Shown here: one piece after another, positions 38,924-47,400 of the stretch
Numbering within the stretch: position 1 is the first letter of the stretch
Layout of the letters: every line of letters starts with the position of its first letter
DNA from: Terrimicrobiaceae bacterium
GTDB taxonomy: Bacteria; Verrucomicrobiota; Verrucomicrobiia; Chthoniobacterales; Terrimicrobiaceae
Direction: 5' to 3'
Assembly (NCBI GenBank): GCA_044344595.1
Contig: JBIJCR010000003.1
Coordinates: 5,960 to 69,959 of the forward strand
Length of the DNA: 64,000 bases
Made by a program: the position numbers and the translations under genes
Notes under the pieces: model-generated
What the model was told of the DNA's origin: nothing
The model's database searches: none
Seen by the model: only the letters and a program-made list of their open reading frames with translations

Positions 38924-41437
38924 TCATTTGCCGCCGCCCTTCTTTTTTGTTTGGGGGTTGAGATTTATCCATTCCTCGACACGTGCGAATTGCGGGGCAT
39001 CAAAATCCTCGGGTAGGGTGTTGAAGACCAATTCGCGCTCCATCTGCGGATTGCTCTCAAAGGGCTCGAGGAGAATGAGCTGGTTCCGGAAGCGTTCCGG
39101 ACTAAAGATCTTATCTTTCGCCGGTTTGGTATCCCACAAACCCCATTCGGCAACGCGAATCTTCTTCGCGTCGAGCTTGCCTTGCCGGACGGAAACGACC
39201 TCGTATTCGTTGATCACAAGAGCATTCCGGTAGGGGGCGATCTGATCGGGGGTGGGAGTCTTGCTGGTCTCCAACAGGTTCACCTCGGCGACGATCCGTT
39301 CTGGCATCTTGCGCTCGGTGAGGATCTTGGTGAACGCGTCTGTGTTGGCCTTCACTTCTGACTTCGCCAGCGGGCGATTATAGATTGCGACGGCATCGAT
39401 CCAGCCTTGCCAAGCGGCAGGTTTATACTTCAGCTCCTTGCCCAGAGACACGCCATTGGACCAGTTGATATTCGCCTTTCCTTGAATATCGGTGCTATCG
39501 GCGGTTTGCACGCCGTCGAGCCACGCTTGCACCCGGCCGGGCGTGAGAGTGACGACCAAGTGATGCGTGTTCGTGTCGGTCAACTTGCCGATCTGTACGG
39601 GGGGTTGTCCGGCCACCTTCAAAAGCAAAGTGTCGTCGAGTTGCTGCACCATCACACCCTCTTGGGATGTGCCGACGATAACCAGATAGGATGCGCCATC
39701 GGGATCGGTATACTTGTCGATTTCGGAACGCTGCTGTACTTGGCGTGTGGCGAATACCAGTTCGATGGTCAACTCGCCGGACTTTTCATAGGCAGCGCGG
39801 AGAGGGGCGCTCGTAGACTTGTCGATCAAAGGCACATGGCCGTCGTTACCGCATGGCAGCGCCCACCGACCAAAGCGATCGAGCGCTGGAAATCCAAGTT
39901 TTCCTGCCGCGAATTTACTGAGCTTGAGCTCAGGGCTTTCATACCGTCCCGCCGCGCCGAGCGTGTAAGAGCTGTCGGCAGTCCAAACGAGCAGCACCCC
40001 GTCGGGAGAGGTCGGCCAGGCCGGCGGGGCGATGGGGATGGCAGCACCGGCCAGCGGGTTCGGCGTGCTCGCACAATCAAATACCCCGCGCAGGGTCAGC
40101 GAGTCGGCCTTGGCAAGCGGCTTGTCGAGATCGAGTTGGAGTTCCTTCTCGTCGCCGGTGACCTCAAGCTTCAGTACCGAGTTGCCCGATGCAAGGGTGC
40201 CAGTGGCATTTTTGAGTTGGATGCGCTCCGAGAAGGTCAGCATCGCACGCAAAGGTCCAATCATATTGGCGCTCACCAGCTGGGGTGCTTCCTGCGCCGT
40301 GACGAACACTTTGCCGGTTTTGTCGCCCAGCTTGACGGTGTATTCGCCGGGCTTGGTGTAGGTGTGCTGAGGCTCGGTGCCGGAGGCGCCGTCGCCGTAA
40401 TCCCAAGTGCCTCTCATGTGCGATGGGAAAGAGACAGAAAACGGGGCTTCTCCAGACCACTGTCCGACGGGGAACTGGAGGTCCGCGGTCGGCACCTTCT
40501 CAAGCCACACATAGGGAAGCTCATAAAATGCCTGCGGAGAGGCTTGCTTGCCGGAGGTCAGGCGGACTTGGCCTTCGAGCTTGTTGAACTCGGCGTTGAA
40601 CTTGCCGAAGAAAACGTCGCTGTAGGGATATTTTCCCATCGGCCCGAAAAAAGTGAGGAACCTTGGATGGTTCGTCGTGCGGGCGCGGCTTACTTGGCCG
40701 CCGCCGACATCAAGAGGTATCGTGGCGTGCTCGGCGGGATTACGGCGAAACAGATTGTTGTAAACATGAATCGCGGTGTGACCGAAGTTGACATGAAACA
40801 TCCGATAACTGTTGTCGGGGAGGATGTTCGAGTTGCAGCCTTCCTTGATGGCTGGGAACACCTCGCCGTTCGGTGCGGTAAACAATGCGCACCGCGGCCA
40901 TTGTACCTGGCTAGCAAGGAAACGCCCATCCGCTGAGAGGCTGACCGGAGCGTCCAGATCGGTTTTGTCCCACACCAGTTCCTCTTTCGTCGGGTCTTGC
41001 GCGGGGAAGCGGTAGATGACACTGGAGCGCCCGTCACTGCCCTGTTGTTTCGAGTAATAAACCCATAATTGACCGGTGGCCGGGTCGCTCCAGAGCGTGG
41101 ATAGCCCGTAGCCCTCCAGCAGTTTTTTTTCACCGGTGCCATCCCATCCGATCGAGTGGATTGTGCCCGTACCATCATTATTTTTTCCCTTCAAGCTGAC
41201 ACTGAAAAAAATCGTCTCGCCATCGGGTGAAATCATAGGCCAAGTCAATTCCTTCTCGGTGGCCGTGTACAGATCGCGCACCTCTCCCGACTTGGTGTCA
41301 AACGCTTGCAAGATCTTCCTGTCCTTGACCCAGACGGCTTTGGCGGGAGTGCCGCCGGTCAGGGTGAGAACCTCGTTCTTCACATCGGCAAAGGCAGACG
41401 CGGCAACGACCAGGAACAAGCAGGTAAGCAATTTCAT
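38924..41437 (-). CDS. Secreted multidomain protein: TolB-like beta-propeller, PKD domain, LamG-like domain
   Basis: ATG 41437 gives the signal peptide MKLLTCLFLVVAASAFA; the track starts at 41539. PKD motif WDYGDGASGTEPQHTYTKPGEYTVKL. LamG-like segment (HHLVVTLTPGRVQAWLDGV). GC content is lower than in the upstream array. Confidence 0.8.
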   Translation of the reverse strand: MKLLTCLFLVVAASAFADVKNEVLTLTGGTPAKAVWVKDRKILQAFDTKSGEVRDLYTATEKELTWPMISPDGETIFFSVSLKGKNNDGTGTIHSIGWDGTGEKKLLEGYGLSTLWSDPATGQLWVYYSKQQGSDGRSSVIYRFPAQDPTKEELVWDKTDLDAPVSLSADGRFLASQVQWPRCALFTAPNGEVFPAIKEGCNSNILPDNSYRMFHVNFGHTAIHVYNNLFRRNPAEHATIPLDVGGGQVSRARTTNHPRFLTFFGPMGKYPYSDVFFGKFNAEFNKLEGQVRLTSGKQASPQAFYELPYVWLEKVPTADLQFPVGQWSGEAPFSVSFPSHMRGTWDYGDGASGTEPQHTYTKPGEYTVKLGDKTGKVFVTAQEAPQLVSANMIGPLRAMLTFSERIQLKNATGTLASGNSVLKLEVTGDEKELQLDLDKPLAKADSLTLRGVFDCASTPNPLAGAAIPIAPPAWPTSPDGVLLVWTADSSYTLGAAGRYESPELKLSKFAAGKLGFPALDRFGRWALPCGNDGHVPLIDKSTSAPLRAAYEKSGELTIELVFATRQVQQRSEIDKYTDPDGASYLVIVGTSQEGVMVQQLDDTLLLKVAGQPPVQIGKLTDTNTHHLVVTLTPGRVQAWLDGVQTADSTDIQGKANINWSNGVSLGKELKYKPAAWQGWIDAVAIYNRPLAKSEVKANTDAFTKILTERKMPERIVAEVNLLETSKTPTPDQIAPYRNALVINEYEVVSVRQGKLDAKKIRVAEWGLWDTKPAKDKIFSPERFRNQLILLEPFESNPQMERELVFNTLPEDFDAPQFARVEEWINLNPQTKKKGGGK

Positions 41438-41757
41438 GAAACCTAACCTTCGGATAAGTAATTTACTGCGCTTCCTTGCACGAGGATTCATGATGGCTTG
41501 TATTAAAGTGAACAGAGTTTCTGCTGTTTTGTGCTTCATGGTTCGTTTTTTTAAATGGGTAAATTGGAAGTTTATCGAGAGTGATTGAATGAGTGTTGAT
41601 GGGCTGCAATTGCCGATGTGAGGTCACATATGTATTAGAGAATTTGGAATAGATGAATGATCCAGAGCGGGTGTGAGACATTATCGATAGGGACTTTCAT
41701 ACGAAATAAAACCGATGGTTCAGGAAAGTTGCGGAATTTGTGAGTTGTAAAAATGTT

Positions 41758-44700
41758 TCAAGGTGCTTTGTGGAACTCGAAAACGCCCCAGTTTATGGGA
41801 GTGAGCATGGCCTCGCCGGGAACGTCTGTCGTCATCCCGCTGTTTTTGTTGTGCCAATAGAGCCTTTGCACTGTCTCTCCGGAGGGGCCACGCAGTAATC
41901 CAATGTCACCTTTGACGGTGGTGCCATCAGAGGGCTGCAGGCCAAGAACTTCCAAGGGCACGGAGAACTCGAAGAGAAAACGGTCGAGAGGTTTCATCTT
42001 GACGTAGGTTTCCGCCGGAAATTGGACCAGATCGGTGATGTCCTCCACGCGGTCGAAAAACACATTGCGCCAACCGGAGCTGAATTCGACGCGTTTATCG
42101 CTGTTTTGCGGATCAACTTGACGGTAGAGGGTGGCCTTGATTTCGCCGCCTTTTTTGCTGCGAGTTACCAAGATACGCTGATCGCCAGCAACCGGCTCGG
42201 TGCGGGACGGATCGGCTTTCGGGTTGTTGGAGATCATCAAGTCGAGAGCGCCGCCGGTTTTGAAAAGAATCTGGGGGTCTTCCAGATTATTTTCGAGCTT
42301 CTCCCGGAATGATGTGCGGACAGCGACATGCAACCGGTCTCCGGCTACCATGACAGCGGCATCCAGGTTCTCTTCGAGGGGAGCCCACTGGGCGTTTTTC
42401 CAATCATTGGCTTCAGCCAAGGTGGGACGCGGGGCGGACGAGACAGACACTTTCAGAGGCGCTTGGGTCTCGCGTGCGGTGGCTGTACGGCGGGCCATAC
42501 TTTGGCTGGCCGCAATGAGCTGTTCGCCGGTTACGGTGAGCGTTTGGGGAGGAATGCGGCGAATGGTATCAAGGCCATCCAGACGTGTTATACTGGAGCG
42601 CTCGCCGCCGATCACCATGTAGATATTGCCGTTTTGGGCCTGGATGACGGAGGGCCAAAAACTTTCCTGCCCATTGGTGTATTCGCTCACCGCATCGCCT
42701 CGTTTGATGTCTTTGGGCCAGCTTTTGGCGCGTCGCTGGTCTTGGGTAACCGAGGCGACAAATAATCCGTCGGAAGTCATGGCATAAATCCCGCCGAAGT
42801 TTCCGTTGTAAAACCAGATCGATCCGGCGTCGCCCTTTTCGGGAAACACGGCGGGCCCGAGGACGCGGGTGCCCCCGATAATATCCCCAGGCCACCGGGG
42901 GGGGGGAGAAGCATGGGAGGAATGCAGCGAGGGCCATTCATTGGGATAAGTCCACATCAGTTTACCGTCGCGATAGCCTTTGAGCGGGCCGTCGGATTGA
43001 ACAATCCATCCGTCGTGGCCGCGGAGCACCATGTTGCCGCCACTGCCGGTCTCGTTGTATTTCAGAGGCTCTGGCGTGACCGGGGTCTTGGCATCGGCTT
43101 TGAAAACCGGCGCGCCGACCTCATTGAAACCGGTGGGTTTGAAACTGTTGCCCCGCGAGTCAATCAATTCCATCTCCGGTGAGAGGGTTAATTTGCCCAC
43201 GGGGAAGTTTTCATCAAAGACTACTTCGTTGGGCTGGGGGCTGCCATCACCGTTTTCATCGGTCCAGATGAACAGCATCTGTTTCGGATATTTTGCGGAC
43301 ATATTCAAGGATGCGGGGAGGATTCCTGCCCACTCTTCTCCCTTGAATGGAGGGAAATCAGAGGGATTGCCGAGCGCGGCTGCCGGGCGGGCGATTCGGT
43401 CTTCCTCCCCCATCAGCCAGAAAACGGCCACATCGGCGCCACCGGTGGCATGATCGTGTGTGGCATTGGTGAGATAACGGCGGTTGTTGATAAGGATAGG
43501 GAATTGTGGGGCGCCGCGCATGCGGGCATGGGCAGCAAGACCCTGGCGGTCGTAAATGAGGCTGTTCACGGTGAAGTCACCCTTTTCGAAATCCAGCTTG
43601 AACTCCATGGGAAGTGCCCCGTAATGCTTGTGGTCGTAGTAGAAGTATTGGAGATCCGGAGAAAGGACGCCTCCGCCGCCGTAGTTGGTGGGGCCATAGA
43701 AGGCCTTCTGGAAGCTGCCGTCTTTGTTCCACAGACTGAACCGGCGAGGTCCCGTGGTACTTTCGATCACCCAGAGCGTACCATCCGGCGCGACAGCTAC
43801 CCCGTTAGGGGATCTCATGGCGGTCTCATCGTAACGGCCAATCTGAGGCGTGCCCGGCTTGCCGTAGGTGCGAACAAGTTTTCCGGAAGCATCGAAGGCC
43901 TTGACTTGCTGCGACGGGTTTTCACCCCATACGTCGAAGTCGGAAACGTAAATTTTACCGTCCCCGGCGATTGTGATCTGATTGGCGTTGTCGAGACCGG
44001 AAGTGATGAAGTCACGGGGAGCAGGAAGCTCCGCGCCATTGGTCGACCAATTGGCAGGCAGATCATAACGAACCACTTTGTTGCCTGTTCCCGCCAGGAG
44101 GAAACGGCCTTTGGGATCAAAGGCGAGACCGGCCGGGGAGGGAAGCTCCACCTCCTTCACGAGTCGGCCTGCCTTGGCGTCGATGACGAGAATTTTACCG
44201 GCATCGCGCATGCTGACGACAAGGATGCCGTTGTAGGCTGCCAAACCGCGTGTTTCCATGTGGCGGAATTCATGCGTGAGGGATAGCTCCTCGGGAAGAA
44301 CGCGCTTTTCCTTGCCGTCCTTCAGTAGCGCCATGAGGCGAAGTGCCTTAGCTTTACCGCCTTTTTTCTTTTTGCCGTCCTCTGCGATATTGACGGTGTA
44401 AACGTGGACATCCGGGTCCGCCAAGGGGCCACGATCTTGAGTGACGAAAAAGGCCGCGGTGTGGGTGCCTCCTGCCCATCTGCGTCCGTTGAGCTTACGG
44501 CCGTCAAGGGTCATCCAGACCAAGCCGTCGCCCCATTCTGCTCCCGGGGAAACGATGAGCATTTGCGGCTCATTGCCGTAAGGTGAGCCGTCTGGAAGAA
44601 AGACGATGCCGGTTGGTGAAACGTGATCGGCGAGCCAGCGCCCGATCTGGCGTCCGTTTTCCAAGTAACTCCATGGAGGGGTGCCCGGATTGTAGACTGT

Positions 44701-45096
44701 GAACTCGTATTTGAGTTCAATCTTGTCGCTGGTGATACCGCGAACGGTGTAAGTACCCGGTTCGACCATCGGCCCTTGCAAGCCGGTTTTTTTATTGTTC
44801 AGGGTGTCGGCCCCCGCCAATCCATCCCACCAAATCGTTTGCCTGCCGGCAGGCAAGAGAGTTTCGCTCATTAAATTTCTGATACGCTTCCCGTCTTTGT
44901 CATCAATGACCAGCGTGACATAACTCGGTTTCTCCAAATCGATCTGGATAGGGATCAATCCTTGTGTGCTCTGGCCTTCCTCCAATTTGACGGGCTGGGC
45001 ATTTGAGGAGTTCGCGAAGGCCAAAACGACAAGAAGGATCAGGAGGGGCGTGAGAAGGGAAAACAATGTCTTTTTGGGTGGGGTTTTAATAGGCAT
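41758..45096 (-). CDS. Large secreted protein with NHL/beta-propeller-like repeats and a C-terminal beta-sandwich-like domain
   Basis: 1112 aa. Signal peptide MPIKTPPKKTLFSLLTPLLILLVVLAFANSSNA. NHL-like segments (SPNGVAVAPDGTLWVIE; GKIYVSDFD). No catalytic motif recognised. Confidence 0.78.
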   Translation of the reverse strand: MPIKTPPKKTLFSLLTPLLILLVVLAFANSSNAQPVKLEEGQSTQGLIPIQIDLEKPSYVTLVIDDKDGKRIRNLMSETLLPAGRQTIWWDGLAGADTLNNKKTGLQGPMVEPGTYTVRGITSDKIELKYEFTVYNPGTPPWSYLENGRQIGRWLADHVSPTGIVFLPDGSPYGNEPQMLIVSPGAEWGDGLVWMTLDGRKLNGRRWAGGTHTAAFFVTQDRGPLADPDVHVYTVNIAEDGKKKKGGKAKALRLMALLKDGKEKRVLPEELSLTHEFRHMETRGLAAYNGILVVSMRDAGKILVIDAKAGRLVKEVELPSPAGLAFDPKGRFLLAGTGNKVVRYDLPANWSTNGAELPAPRDFITSGLDNANQITIAGDGKIYVSDFDVWGENPSQQVKAFDASGKLVRTYGKPGTPQIGRYDETAMRSPNGVAVAPDGTLWVIESTTGPRRFSLWNKDGSFQKAFYGPTNYGGGGVLSPDLQYFYYDHKHYGALPMEFKLDFEKGDFTVNSLIYDRQGLAAHARMRGAPQFPILINNRRYLTNATHDHATGGADVAVFWLMGEEDRIARPAAALGNPSDFPPFKGEEWAGILPASLNMSAKYPKQMLFIWTDENGDGSPQPNEVVFDENFPVGKLTLSPEMELIDSRGNSFKPTGFNEVGAPVFKADAKTPVTPEPLKYNETGSGGNMVLRGHDGWIVQSDGPLKGYRDGKLMWTYPNEWPSLHSSHASPPPRWPGDIIGGTRVLGPAVFPEKGDAGSIWFYNGNFGGIYAMTSDGLFVASVTQDQRRAKSWPKDIKRGDAVSEYTNGQESFWPSVIQAQNGNIYMVIGGERSSITRLDGLDTIRRIPPQTLTVTGEQLIAASQSMARRTATARETQAPLKVSVSSAPRPTLAEANDWKNAQWAPLEENLDAAVMVAGDRLHVAVRTSFREKLENNLEDPQILFKTGGALDLMISNNPKADPSRTEPVAGDQRILVTRSKKGGEIKATLYRQVDPQNSDKRVEFSSGWRNVFFDRVEDITDLVQFPAETYVKMKPLDRFLFEFSVPLEVLGLQPSDGTTVKGDIGLLRGPSGETVQRLYWHNKNSGMTTDVPGEAMLTPINWGVFEFHKAP

Positions 45097-45723
45097 GTGT
45101 TGATTTTGTGTTCGAAGTTGAGGAAGGATTTATATAAAAACGGTGCCACACTTGGGCGGTCCGGGCCTCACGCAGCTTAGGGATACTTTGCGAGGGGGAA
45201 TGGTGCATCCAAAGCAGCGCGGGCGGCCATTCCGGCCTGAGACATAAAAACGGCATTGGTCATGCGTCCGGGCGCAACTCGTTAGTTGGTTTAGGCCGTG
45301 AGCATGACTAAAATTTAACTCTGATGTTGCCTGTCCAGTGGGCTGTGCGAGATGTTGATCATGCAAAGCATGGACATAAGGCAAAAGCATTTCCTTTTCT
45401 CCGCACTCACCCCCCTCACGCCCGGATGCGAAGACCTGATTGCCTATGCAGCGCTGGGGTAAGTCTACCTCCACGAGGTCAGTATAGTATTCAGCGATAA
45501 TCAAAATTCGTCTGCCGGATTCCAAGAATGGGGGGATCATCCAAATACTCTCATATATACTACAAGCGACGTAATAGGAAACTAAAAATTTCCTGTTTCT
45601 GCAAAAGTTTCGATACGGATGTCATGGCCTATCAGTTAACAATCCACTCCAGCCCGGTTGAGACCAGAGTCATTTATTGTCGAGGCAACGCGCATCGAAT
45701 TTTGCACATTGTAATTTTGAAAT

Positions 45724-46767
45724 TTAAAAAAAAGACTTCAGTTTGGCGTTGCCGTGAACAAATTCGTCTTGGCGGTGTGTGGCATCATAACCCATGCAGG
45801 TGCTGTGGGGAATTTCCAGCACCCGGAAGGCTCCGCGAGGGATCTGCGCCAATGCGGTTTCAATAAGCCATGGCGACCAATCGGGGTCATCGTGCGGCCA
45901 TAGGCCTTCGCCATAGAGAGAGAGTCCGCCTCCACCGTGGTCCACATTCACCATGCCGTATTCTTGCAATGCCCGGGCCACAACCCTGCCTCCCCGGCCC
46001 AATGGCAGCTTATCCAGATCAAGGTTGGGGTCTAGTTGCAGCACCGCACCTTGGGGAATGCCTCCGGGCATACATCCATCACACCAAATGGCTGGTGCAC
46101 AAAATTCCTTGTAGGCTGCGAAGTAGGTGGCAAAAGCCAGTTTGTGCTCGATACGCCCGCGGCGGATTTCATCTCGCATGATCAAACCTGCGATGGCAGG
46201 TACGCCCGGAGCCCTGCTGGGACCGTAGAGGTGTACACTCTCCCCGTCTTCCGGCCCCGGGTCAAGTTTCTCAAAAACTCCGCTACCATCCAAAGCGTAG
46301 GTCATGCCGGTGCAGGATTCCCAACCGCCTTCTGCACGTTGGGAAAGCGCCCACATGTCCCAAGCCACTCCGCGCTCGCGGTCGACCAAGGCCAGGTGTG
46401 CATCGCCTTGGCCATCTGGTCGTGCATTTACGGGCAAAGGGATGAGCGGGCCAAACCCCGGTCCGTGGCCGTAAGGATGTCCTGGACAAAGTCGGTGACG
46501 GCTGTGCTCCAAAAAGTATTGCATATGTTTTTGCTCATATGTGCTTGCGGCTTTGCGCTCGAAAGACCGATGAATCTGGACCAGCGGAGTCTTGTCATCC
46601 ACCTCATAAACCGGGATCGTCCATTCCCTGAGATTGATGTAGAGGCCGAGTGGATTGTCGCATTCCAGCATGCGGATCCACAACGCGCTACGCGGGTCGG
46701 TAGGGGTGGACTCGGAAATGGGTTGGTTCCAGAAGCTGTCTGCGGAGAAAAAGCGGTCGTTACTCAT
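45724..46767 (-). CDS. Conserved protein of unrecognised family (paralog 2)
   Basis: 347 aa, no signal peptide. Paralog of 35953..36900; the shared blocks are listed under that feature. Confidence 0.8.
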   Translation of the reverse strand: MSNDRFFSADSFWNQPISESTPTDPRSALWIRMLECDNPLGLYINLREWTIPVYEVDDKTPLVQIHRSFERKAASTYEQKHMQYFLEHSRHRLCPGHPYGHGPGFGPLIPLPVNARPDGQGDAHLALVDRERGVAWDMWALSQRAEGGWESCTGMTYALDGSGVFEKLDPGPEDGESVHLYGPSRAPGVPAIAGLIMRDEIRRGRIEHKLAFATYFAAYKEFCAPAIWCDGCMPGGIPQGAVLQLDPNLDLDKLPLGRGGRVVARALQEYGMVNVDHGGGGLSLYGEGLWPHDDPDWSPWLIETALAQIPRGAFRVLEIPHSTCMGYDATHRQDEFVHGNAKLKSFF

Positions 46768-46909
46768 AAGGGAAATCTTGTTCCCTTTTAAAGGAGCATG
46801 TTAGAGCGAAACCTGTCGAGAATGTTCGTTCAAGGGCCGTAGGTGTTGAAATGTTTCCACAGCCATTGAAGTTCTCTGGCGATCCTTTGGCTCATGAGCC
46901 TCTTTTCAG

Positions 46910-47073
46910 CCCGAAAACGGTTTTTTAGACAGGAGGGCAGGATGGAGAGAAATTACAGGAAAGGCTTTGGCTTTTGTTTGATATCGCACAAATCATTTCA
47001 AATGCATCGCATCATAAATAGATCATCATCAGTGTTCTCTGTGCGCTCTGTGGTTAATTCTGTTGTATTCGGG
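46910..47073 (+). mobile_element. 164-bp MITE-like element, copy B
   Basis: Left end CCCGAAAACGG. The reverse complement of the right end is CCCGAATACAA, against CCCGAATACAG in the other copies (the other copies match the left end at 9 of 11 positions). It is flanked by identical TTCAG at 46905-46909 and 47074-47078. Confidence 0.6.
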
Positions 47074-47164
47074 TTCAGTTCGTTTGGCAGTGGTTGAGCG
47101 GTCGCAAATATCAGGAACCTCACCACCGGATGTTCAAACAATGGCTTTGTGCCGACACCCTAAG

Positions 47165-47370
47165 ATCAATCCATTCTTCGACGCGTGCAAATTACGTTAT
47201 TTCGGAATCTTCTGGCAGGGTGCTGAAGACCAACTTGCGTTCCACTTGCGGATTGGCATCGAACGACTCGAGTCGGATGAGCCGGTCGCGGAATTCGTCT
47301 TTTTAGGCGACGCTTAATGATCCAGCTGTAACGTGATGTTCTCGTAGCTGCCATCCCTCACCGAGCGCAT
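47165..47370 (-). pseudogene. Relic of the C-terminal ~70 codons of a paralog of the 38924..41437 protein
   Basis: Minus-strand translation gives DEFRDRLIRLESFDANPQVERKLVFSTLPEDSEIT*FARVEEWIDL. The intact gene reads ERFRNQLILLEPFESNPQMERELVFNTLPEDFDAPQFARVEEWINL. There is an in-frame TAA, and a frame shift upstream (MRSVRDGSYENITLQLDH vs VVSVRQGKLDAKKIRVAEW). Confidence 0.6.
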
Positions 47371-47400
47371 AAAAACTTTCCGCTACCTTGGTCGCTTTTT

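Noticed and set aside
45130-45540. 136-aa minus-strand ORF in the 626-bp gap after the 1112-aa gene's start.
   Set aside because: No motif, no convincing start context, and atypical composition. The region is more likely promoter/5' UTR or decayed sequence. I left it unannotated.
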